Source: Desulfobaccales bacterium
GTDB taxonomy: Bacteria; Desulfobacterota; Desulfobaccia; Desulfobaccales; 0-14-0-80-60-11
Length of the DNA stretch: 64,000 bases
Direction: 5' to 3'
NCBI GenBank assembly: GCA_049696835.1
Contig: JBAVUP010000161.1
Location: 8,726 to 72,725, forward strand
Below, in pieces: positions 56,758 through 64,000 of the stretch (position 1 is the first letter of the stretch; each line of letters begins with the position of its first letter). A program made the translations under genes and the position numbers. The notes under the pieces are model-generated. The model saw only the letters and a list, made by a program, of their open reading frames with translations, did not search any database and was not told the origin of the DNA.

Positions 56758-58029
56758 ATGGCCCCGGTGCGGTTTTCCACCTTTGCAGCCTTGCGCCACC
56801 GGAATTTCCGGCTGTACTACTTCGGCCAGCTGATCTCCCTCACCGGCTCCTGGATGCAATCCATTGCCTTTAGCTGGCTGGTCCTGGTGCTCACCAATTC
56901 CGCGTTCTACCTGGGTCTGGTGGGAGCCCTCCAGACCCTGCCGGTGTTGCTCTTTTCCTTTCTGGGCGGGGTGGTGGCCGACCACACCCACAAGCTCAGG
57001 TTGCTCTTTTTAACCCAGGCCGTCCTCATGCTTCTGGCCCTGGCCCTGGGAGTGCTGGTGGATATCAAGCTGATCCAGGTCTGGATGCTGTGCGTCCTGG
57101 TCTTTCTGTCTGGTACGGCCATGGCCTTCGATATCCCGGTGCGCCAGGCCTTCATCGTGGAGCTGGTGGGTAAGCCGGACCTCCCCAACGCCATCGCCCT
57201 CAACTCGACGTTGTTCAACGCCACCCGGGTGGCGGGCCCGGCGGTGGGGGGGGTGGTCATCGCCGCGGTGGGCATGGCCAACTGCTTCTATCTCAATGCC
57301 GTCAGCTTCCTGGCGGTGCTCGTGGCCCTGGTGCTCATGCAGCTGCCCCCGACCCAGCCGGCGACCTGGACCCCCTTCGTGCGGGCCTGGAAAGAACTCC
57401 TGGATTACCTGCTGGAGCGCCGGGAACTCAAGCTGGTCCTGGTGCTCATGACCACGGTGGCGGTCCTGGCCATGCCCTATTTCGTGCTGCTGCCCATCCT
57501 GGCCCGGGATACCCTGGGGGTGGGACCCGGCGGCTTCGGGCTCCTCATGGCCACGAGCGGGGTGGGAGCCTTTGCGGGGGGCCTCACCCTGGCCCGGCGC
57601 CTGCAACATCACCCGCCCATGCCCTCGTTTCTGGCGGGCCAGGGCCTGTTTCTCCTGGGGCTGATGGGGTTGGGGCTCTGCCGCAACTATTACGCCGCCC
57701 TGGGCTTTATCTCGCTGGCCGGGTTCGGTATGGTGACCCAGCTGTCCACCGGCAACAGCCTGCTCCAGCTCAACGTGCCCGACGCCCTGCGGGGGCGCAT
57801 CATGAGCCTGTTCGGCCTGATCGTCATGGGCTTTGCGCCGTTGGGCAGCATCCTTTACGGCGGCGCAGCCCACTTCGTGGGGGCCGGCCCGGCCATCACC
57901 GGCGGCAGCTTTCTGGCGGCGTTGGTGGCGGGCTTCGTGCTCTGGAGGAACCCGGAACTGCGCCACTTCACCTTCAGCGAGCCTGAACCGCCGACGGCCG
58001 ACGCCATCCGGCCTACCATAACTCCGTAA
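56758..58029 (+). CDS. MFS transporter
   Basis: About 12 hydrophobic segments, an N-terminus FRLYYFGQLISLTGSWMQ, and a GG..AD loop. Confidence 0.88.
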   Translation: MAPVRFSTFAALRHRNFRLYYFGQLISLTGSWMQSIAFSWLVLVLTNSAFYLGLVGALQTLPVLLFSFLGGVVADHTHKLRLLFLTQAVLMLLALALGVLVDIKLIQVWMLCVLVFLSGTAMAFDIPVRQAFIVELVGKPDLPNAIALNSTLFNATRVAGPAVGGVVIAAVGMANCFYLNAVSFLAVLVALVLMQLPPTQPATWTPFVRAWKELLDYLLERRELKLVLVLMTTVAVLAMPYFVLLPILARDTLGVGPGGFGLLMATSGVGAFAGGLTLARRLQHHPPMPSFLAGQGLFLLGLMGLGLCRNYYAALGFISLAGFGMVTQLSTGNSLLQLNVPDALRGRIMSLFGLIVMGFAPLGSILYGGAAHFVGAGPAITGGSFLAALVAGFVLWRNPELRHFTFSEPEPPTADAIRPTITP

Positions 58030-58196
58030 TTTTCCCCCTTGAGCCCGGTCAGGCGGCGCTGCCCTGTGCCGTTCAGGGGAAAAATCGCGCTTCCGAACCG
58101 CCAGGTGGCTGATTTATCTCGATTATTAGCCGCCAGGCCTCGTCACCTGGCCGCTTTTCTCTCGCATGGGTGCCGCTTCTGTGACGCATTCATACC

Positions 58197-58225
58197 GTTT
58201 TCTGTTTTCTGTTTTCTGTTTTCGG
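58197..58225. repeat. Heptanucleotide array (GTTTTCT)x4
   Basis: Sequence is gttttct gttttct gttttct gttttcg g. It lies at the left edge of the low-GC island. Confidence 0.9.
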
Positions 58226-58540
58226 CTAAAAGAATATAAGATATTAATAAGTTACGTAGCAGGTTGGTTTCATTTCACAGTGAAAATGAGATAAACCTGG
58301 GGCACAGCCCGCAGCGCCCCTAAGAAAAGCCGAAATATCCTGACCGGATTGAGATCACTTGAGTTTGACTATAGAACTTGAAAGAGAGATTACCAGAAGG
58401 GAGAGGCTGGTTGGCGCACTTTCCGAGGCCTGGACTGAATCGGCGGCTAAGACCTCAGAGGGGTCCATGTCATTATCCAGATCATATCTGTACTTAATTT
58501 GAATTTTTAAGGGATTATGATTTTGGCAAGTGATGTGGCA

Positions 58541-61500
58541 TCAATCGTTTCGTTTATCGGGGCCATCATCGCCGTATTCGCGCTTACGCATTTCCAAATC
58601 TTCTTCACTCCTGCGTTGCTCGGCGGCAATTCGTCTGTCCAGGCTCAGCACATGGCTTCTTGCGAATAACTGAACACTTTCCCGCGGATCGCTAAGCCAC
58701 AGCTCAAGCTCCGTCTTCTTGCGTTTATATGCTTCCACAAATCCGAATTCTCCGGTAACCACGCCGGTCGAATCCAGGGCTGCATCTACTTCGTTTAATA
58801 GCGGGTCTTCTAATGGCAGAAGGGCCACGATCTCTTTGCAAAGGCCATTTATAAAGGTCTTTCCTTCATAATTACGCAAAATCTTAGCTACAAACTCAAG
58901 GTCAGTTCTGTCACTGCCTTTTATGAGATTTTGTAGGATGTGCTCAAACTCGGGCGGTAAATTTGGAAAGACACTTGAGAGTAACTGACCGCCGCGATAT
59001 TGGAAAAATAGCTTGTCTTCCTTAAACCAGGATCGAGCCTCTTCCACTAAATATTCCGGGATTTTCGCGAGTTGCTCATGCAGGCGGAGAAACTGGAATG
59101 GTATTGCTTTAAATCTCAGTTTGTCGCCGGTCGTTGATTTTAGTTCGAATTTCAACCTAGAGCCGAAAAAGTCAACCACCTTCGTTGGCCAAGAGGCTGC
59201 GATTGACGCCAAGACATCATCAACATGATAGTCTATCTGAGGGTGTCGGATCAAACTTGCAAGCACCTGGTCCGCCTGCTCCGAATTCAAATCCTGAAGC
59301 AGCGCCCTATTTGTTTGAGAAGCCCATAAGGCGTTCACCCACCTGGTGTCGCCCTTCTCGGTTAAGTAGTCGATAGCGGGCAGAAAAAGCCTATCAATCA
59401 ATCCACCTGCGACGTCTCCGTGGCGTGCTACGCTAGTGCTAACTGCATTAAAAATGGCATCATCATTGCCGACTTCGATTGCTGCACTCAAAGCTCGTTC
59501 AAGTAAATGCACATCGAAATTTGCAGCGAATCGCTGATACCAGATTAATTGGGGCAAATATTGGCGGATATCAATCCAATGCCGAATCTTTTCTTGTGCA
59601 ACGCCTTCTTTTGGTCCACCTTCAAGTCCACTTAACATCGCGGGCAGGAAGTTTGCAAGCCGTTCATCCAGCCGGTCGAGGTAAGTGATTACTATATGAG
59701 GCTTCGATCTTCCAAGCTCTTCCAAAAAGCGCCCAAAGCTTGGGAAAGTAGCAAGATCCTTTGACTCCGTCTGGGCGCATCGCGACAACACAGAGAGCCA
59801 TTCGTCGGCGTTCTCTTCGGTGACTTCGTCGAGAAGCTTTTTTAATTGTTGATTGCGGTACTCTTCCTCTGCCTCAAAATCGAAGCTCGCATTCTCCCAT
59901 GCCGCTGGAAAAACCGACTGAAATCCCACCAACGTCTTATAGACAACAAACTCCTGGTTACTGTTCAAAAGGTCGCGGAAAGCAAGAATTTGCTCGGTCA
60001 GGCTTTGACGGGAAATTGCGATTGTCGGATCATTCGCGGTGTCGCTAGGCATATCACGGTTCCGTCGGTATAGCCAAAGAAGGTCATGTTCAAGCTGTTG
60101 AAGGAGCTCATAGCTCTGATCGACCGCGACCTCTTTGTAAAACTCAACAATATTGGCCGTATCGTCTAATATGGTTTTTAGTAGCTCATTTGAATAATTG
60201 CCAATGTATGGCGTTGTCGTTGCAGTGGATAGTCTTTGCACAACTTCACGACGCTCAGCATCGGTTTTAGCTTCCCTGAATAAAGACTTAAGAATCTCGA
60301 TAGCGGTGGCCCGAATTTCTGTTAGCATCTCGCTTGGCACAACCGAGCCTTTGTGAATTGTGAGGGTTTTGTATGTACTTGAAGTGCCTTCTACTTCCGG
60401 TTGGAGCACTTGCCCAAGCACCTCCATTACAACAGGTTTAATGGAGGCGAGCTCTCCAATGTCTATTCTGCGGATGCGCTGCACCAATAATTGTTGAATA
60501 AGAGGACCCACCTGTTTCCAAATATTAAGGTCGTGTCTGGAGAGCTTTTCCGCGGATTGTAATAAAAATTTACGTTCCTCATCACTTTTCGCTCCTGGAA
60601 AGAGCTCACAAATGGCATTGAAAGTCGCCTCAACGGCCACTTCGTCGAGGTGACGCAAACGTAATTGATGGAGAATATCAACCGCGACACTCACGACCTG
60701 CTCAACAGTGTAGCCAGGGAGTGCACCAAACGGCGTATCAATCGGGCGCATCGGTGTCTCGCGCGCTTGTTTTATGGCCGAAACAACCGCCGAGCGGATT
60801 TCAGGATGAACGCTCTGTAAGTCGTCATAATTCGGAAGTACATATGTACCGAACCTTTCCAGCAAATCATGTCGCTCATTATTGTCTTTACAACTCGCAA
60901 GCGGTGTCAATGCGCCTTGATCAAATAGCTCCTTCCCGCTAGATAGACGTTCAAAATCGGTGGCAACTTTCTGGAATTCGTAGCCAGCAGGCAATAGATA
61001 ATCATGCATTATTTTCTTCATGCGTTGTTCAATGCCCTGCATCAATCTGCCACCGAAACCCTTTAGCTTTGGCTTTTTATAAATGGTGTCGTGCGCCATC
61101 TCTGACCACGCATGATTTAACGTTGTCTGAACTTGGACTTCACACCACATACCACGAAAGCGGGCATACTCGGGAAGGGCAACACGTTGATCGTTAAGGC
61201 GCACTACATAGTTGGTCGAAATGAAGAGCTCGGTGGCGCTACTCGTATCCGGACTTGGGTGGTGAATTTTAGTCCGGTCCCAATCAACTTCGAAGTTATC
61301 TCTAACAATGCCAGATGACAAGAACCGGGAAACGTCGGAATTAGTGTAAAAAACAAGACGGCATCCGGCCAGGTCCTTAATAACTTCTTCAATATTTTCA
61401 CTTTCAAGGGCACCGGCTTCTTCAAGTTTTTCCTTAAGAGACTCTGGGTCCTTGGCGCGGTGCTTTATCTGCTGCAATCGGAGGTTGGGGTGCGCCTCTA

Positions 61501-61585
61501 TCGCTGCCGTGAGCACTGCCCCTATAGTTTCGGCAAGGCCAGCGTAATCGCTGCGCATCCTTTTTTCATACATCTCGAAGTTCAT
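58541..61585 (-). CDS. RelA/SpoT-homolog (RSH) nucleotidyltransferase-domain protein with ~800-aa helical-repeat C-terminus
   Basis: The N-terminal ~180 aa follow the RelA_SpoT synthetase pattern: HRAKDPESLKEKL, IKDLAGCRLVFY, YVVRL, WCEVQVQTTLNHAWSEMAHDTIYKK. The rest is Leu/Glu-rich and helical, with no P-loop seen. RBS GGGGGAG lies 5 nt upstream. G+C is visibly far below that of the neighbours. Confidence 0.85.
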   Translation of the reverse strand: MNFEMYEKRMRSDYAGLAETIGAVLTAAIEAHPNLRLQQIKHRAKDPESLKEKLEEAGALESENIEEVIKDLAGCRLVFYTNSDVSRFLSSGIVRDNFEVDWDRTKIHHPSPDTSSATELFISTNYVVRLNDQRVALPEYARFRGMWCEVQVQTTLNHAWSEMAHDTIYKKPKLKGFGGRLMQGIEQRMKKIMHDYLLPAGYEFQKVATDFERLSSGKELFDQGALTPLASCKDNNERHDLLERFGTYVLPNYDDLQSVHPEIRSAVVSAIKQARETPMRPIDTPFGALPGYTVEQVVSVAVDILHQLRLRHLDEVAVEATFNAICELFPGAKSDEERKFLLQSAEKLSRHDLNIWKQVGPLIQQLLVQRIRRIDIGELASIKPVVMEVLGQVLQPEVEGTSSTYKTLTIHKGSVVPSEMLTEIRATAIEILKSLFREAKTDAERREVVQRLSTATTTPYIGNYSNELLKTILDDTANIVEFYKEVAVDQSYELLQQLEHDLLWLYRRNRDMPSDTANDPTIAISRQSLTEQILAFRDLLNSNQEFVVYKTLVGFQSVFPAAWENASFDFEAEEEYRNQQLKKLLDEVTEENADEWLSVLSRCAQTESKDLATFPSFGRFLEELGRSKPHIVITYLDRLDERLANFLPAMLSGLEGGPKEGVAQEKIRHWIDIRQYLPQLIWYQRFAANFDVHLLERALSAAIEVGNDDAIFNAVSTSVARHGDVAGGLIDRLFLPAIDYLTEKGDTRWVNALWASQTNRALLQDLNSEQADQVLASLIRHPQIDYHVDDVLASIAASWPTKVVDFFGSRLKFELKSTTGDKLRFKAIPFQFLRLHEQLAKIPEYLVEEARSWFKEDKLFFQYRGGQLLSSVFPNLPPEFEHILQNLIKGSDRTDLEFVAKILRNYEGKTFINGLCKEIVALLPLEDPLLNEVDAALDSTGVVTGEFGFVEAYKRKKTELELWLSDPRESVQLFARSHVLSLDRRIAAEQRRSEEDLEMRKREYGDDGPDKRND

Positions 61586-61702
61586 AAAGACTCCCCCCGG
61601 CGCATTACGGCTATCTCAGTATTAAACAGCTTATGTCGAAAAATAGAGAACAGGCTGGGATGATTACTCGTCTACAAAAATGCCATTATCTGAAGACAAG
61701 CA

Positions 61703-61882
61703 CGTAGGGCGGGAAAGCGTAGCGCATCCCGCCTTTAGCATCATTAGTTTCCGGCGGCGTTCCAGCAGCGTGACCGTGAAAAAGAACATGCCGCCAGGAA
61801 CAAAGGCGCGAATATATTGTAGCATAAATCAGGCCTGACCTGATTGCCGAAGGCGGGATGCGCTACGCTTTCCCGCCCTACG
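61703..61882. repeat. MITE-like element: perfect 33-bp terminal inverted repeats around a 114-bp spacer
   Basis: cGTAGGGCGGGAAAGCGTAGCGCATCCCGCCTT (61703-61735) is the exact reverse complement of AAGGCGGGATGCGCTACGCTTTCCCGCCCTACg (61850-61882). Confidence 0.85.
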
Positions 61883-62078
61883 CCCATATCTTTTGCTGCA
61901 AGATTACTACTATACATCAACGGTTTAAGCCCCAAGAAAAAATAGATGATATATTTTCATAAGCCGCCTGATGGGGAAAAAGCCTGGGCAGAAGGCAGGT
62001 GGTCATGTTGGCGCAAAGGCGAATTCCCCGACGCCCCCTCCTTATCAGAGAATATCTCATTTTCCTCCCCCAAAAACC

Positions 62079-62107
62079 TTGTGAAGCCCAGCCATTTTTG
62101 TTATAAA
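62079..62107 (+). promoter_or_regulatory. Sigma70-type promoter for rpsB-tsf
   Basis: TTGTGA-N17-TATAAA. It predicts a GC-rich leader of about 105 nt before rpsB. Confidence 0.45.
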
Positions 62108-62218
62108 ATTATGATTTGAATTACACTACTCACGCGCCGTCAGGGCGGGCTGGTGCCGACCGGATGGGTCGGTGGCCCCGCCGGCGGCGGCGCGGCGGAC
62201 CAACCAGGAGGAAGGTTT

Positions 62219-63004
62219 ATGTCGTACGTCACCATGAAGGAGCTGCTGGAGGCCGGGGTGCACTTCGGCCACCAGACCCGCCGCTGGAATCCCAAGATGG
62301 GAGCTTACATCTTCGGGGCCAGAAACGGCATTCACATCATCGACCTGCAAAAGACGGTGCAGTTTTTCAAGGTCGCTTACAACTATGTGGTGGAAAAGGT
62401 CGCCGACGGCGGCCTCGTGCTGTTCGTGGGCACCAAGAAGCAGGCCCAGGACGCCATTGCGGAGGAGGCCCGGCGCTGCGGCATGTTCTATGTCAACCAC
62501 CGCTGGCTGGGGGGCATGCTGACCAACTACCAGACCATCAGCCGTTCCATTGCCCGCCTCAAGGAGTTCGAGGCCATGAAGGAAGACGGCTCGCTGAAGC
62601 GCTTCCCGAAAAAAGAAGTCCTGATGATGGAAAAGAAGGCGGCTAAGCTGGAACGGTCCCTGGGGGGCATCAAGGATATGGGCCGGCTGCCCGATATCGT
62701 CTACGTGGTGGACCCCCGGAAGGAAGACATCGCGGTGGCGGAAGGCCGGAAGATGAGCATCCCGCTGCTGGCCATCGTGGACAGCAACTGCGATCCCACG
62801 GAGATTGATTATCCCATCCCGGGGAACGACGACGCGATTCGCGCTATTCGCCTCCTCACCTCCCGGGTGGCCGACGCGGTGTTGGATGGCAAGAAGCTGG
62901 CGGAAGAGCGGCTCCAGGCCATAACCGACAAGGAAATGGTCGAAGCCGAGGCGGAAGCGGCGGCGGCTCCGGCGGCGGAGGCGGCGGCGGAGGTGGAGGC
63001 GTAA
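62219..63004 (+). CDS. rpsB: 30S ribosomal protein S2
   Basis: [40 protein letters not shown]. The track ORF starts upstream at 62153. Confidence 0.95.
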   Translation: MSYVTMKELLEAGVHFGHQTRRWNPKMGAYIFGARNGIHIIDLQKTVQFFKVAYNYVVEKVADGGLVLFVGTKKQAQDAIAEEARRCGMFYVNHRWLGGMLTNYQTISRSIARLKEFEAMKEDGSLKRFPKKEVLMMEKKAAKLERSLGGIKDMGRLPDIVYVVDPRKEDIAVAEGRKMSIPLLAIVDSNCDPTEIDYPIPGNDDAIRAIRLLTSRVADAVLDGKKLAEERLQAITDKEMVEAEAEAAAAPAAEAAAEVEA

Positions 63005-63116
63005 GGGGAGGGTTTTTACCCTCATCCTGACCCTCTGGCTTGAAAAGGTTATCCGCACAGGCTGGAAAGCCTGTGCCACAGATAATAATTCTTTAGGGCT
63101 GAAGCGAAGGCTCATA

Positions 63117-63256
63117 TTCCGAAAAGTCTTTCGTGCGTCCTACGCACTAGGTACTTTCGGCAACGGCGGGCGAGACGCCAACGGCGGGCGAGACGCCCGC
63201 CCTACGAACTTTTCATGGTTTCGCGTGTTCCCAAGGAACATGATTTACTGCTTGTG
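63117..63256. repeat. ~135-nt structured dispersed repeat, copy 3 of 3 (with an internal 18-nt tandem duplication)
   Basis: See 19092-19217. This copy carries aacggcgggcgagacgcc twice and the hairpin GTGTTCCCAAGGAACAT. Confidence 0.85.
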
Positions 63257-63315
63257 TGGACAGGAGACAGGAGAGGGGTAGTGAAAATGCCCCCCTGCAT
63301 ATAAGGAGACGGACG

Positions 63316-64000
63316 TTGGAAATTACGGCGGAACTGGTAAAAACCCTGCGGCACCAAACCAACGCGGGGATGATGGATTGCAAAAAAGCTTTGCAGGAAA
63401 CGGGCGGGGACCTGGAGGCCGCGGTGTCCTACCTCCGCCAGAAGGGTCTGGCGGTGGCTGCCAAGCGGGCCGACCGGGAGACCGCCGAGGGCGCCATCTG
63501 GGCTTATATCGCCCCGGATCACCGCTCCGGCCTGCTGCTGGAAGTGAACTGTGAAACGGATTTTGTGGCCAAGACCCCGGCTTTCATGGACCTGGGGACC
63601 AAGCTGACGGAACATCTGGCCGCGGTGGCCCTGGAGACGGTGGAGGACCTCCTGGGCCAGCCCTGCCCCCACCGGCCCAGCCTGACGGTGACGGATTACC
63701 TCAATGAGGTGATCGCCAAGACCGGGGAGTCCATCCGCATCCGGCACTTTACCCGGTACCGGGGCGATTTGGTGGCGGCTTACATCCATCACGGCGGCAA
63801 GATCGGGGTGATGCTGGAGCTGAGCGGCGGCGGCGCGCCGGAGGCCCAGGCCGCGGCCAAAGACCTGGCCATGCAGGTGGCCGCCACCGCGCCCTTCGCC
63901 GTGGCCCGGGAAGACATCGCGGCGGAGGCGGTGGCCAAGGAAAAGGCCATCTTTGAGGCCCAGGCCAAAGAGAGCGGCAAGCCGGAGAAGATCATCGAGA
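63316..64000 (+). CDS. tsf: Elongation factor Ts (5' partial, runs off the window; TTG start)
   Basis: Manual translation from the TTG at 63316 (RBS AAGGAG 7 nt upstream) gives (M)EITAELVKTLRHQTNAGMMDCKKALQETGGDLEAAVSYLRQKGLA... The frame stays open to the window end. It is not in the ORF track because it lacks a stop. Confidence 0.9.
   Translation, partial: MEITAELVKTLRHQTNAGMMDCKKALQETGGDLEAAVSYLRQKGLAVAAKRADRETAEGAIWAYIAPDHRSGLLLEVNCETDFVAKTPAFMDLGTKLTEHLAAVALETVEDLLGQPCPHRPSLTVTDYLNEVIAKTGESIRIRHFTRYRGDLVAAYIHHGGKIGVMLELSGGGAPEAQAAAKDLAMQVAATAPFAVAREDIAAEAVAKEKAIFEAQAKESGKPEKIIE

Noticed and set aside
61744-61935. A 63-aa minus-strand ORF inside the inverted-repeat element.
   Set aside because: It runs through one REP-like arm, has no RBS, and has unconvincing composition. 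The perfect inverted repeat is the real signal.

Overview
High-GC (roughly 60% or more by eye, not computed) bacterial chromosomal segment. The gene content suggests an anaerobic Desulfobacterota/deltaproteobacterium-like organism: hdrCBA, a NirJ/Ahb-type radical SAM, a class-V FBP aldolase/phosphatase and a DVU0298-like HEAT protein. This taxon call is inference. I support about 60 protein genes, 3 tRNAs and 2 candidate ncRNAs. Most genes are housekeeping: hdrCBA, tRNA-Asp/Val, tig-clpP-clpX-lon, tRNA-Leu, M18 aminopeptidase, moaC, dksA, rlmN, pgeF, ssb, recJ, hisB, hflX, cspA, cysS, uvrB, dnaJ, yggT/yggU, rpsB-tsf. Many long ORFs in the supplied track are antisense shadows of these genes and are rejected. 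Three things stand out. (1) A 1.6-kb ORF-poor gap (35565-37179) holds two tandem paralogous units of about 360 nt. Each has its own sigma70-type promoter and intrinsic terminator, and they share a nearly identical 113-nt 5' core. I could not match them to any RNA class I know, so they are a candidate novel structured RNA. (2) A visibly low-GC island (about 58230-61950) between an MFS gene and rpsB carries one 1014-aa protein. It has an N-terminal RelA/SpoT-type nucleotidyltransferase domain and about 800 aa of helical-repeat C-terminus, making it a candidate single-gene toxSAS/CapRel-like defence module. (3) The intergenic space is saturated with modular repeats. These include short arrays of 7-nt tandem units (mostly CAGNNNN on the sense strand) that begin 0-11 nt after the stop codons of nine genes. 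They also include GTAG-headed REP-like hairpins, an ~80-nt double-hairpin element, and a ~135-nt structured element in three copies. One composite repeat sits in frame inside a metallophosphoesterase gene. Other points of interest are an FBP aldolase/phosphatase fused to a SorC/CggR-type sugar-phosphate-binding domain, a ClpX paralog without zinc finger coupled to a NirJ-like radical SAM gene, and a HepT/MntA toxin-antitoxin pair. All assignments come from reading motifs by eye; no database search was run.
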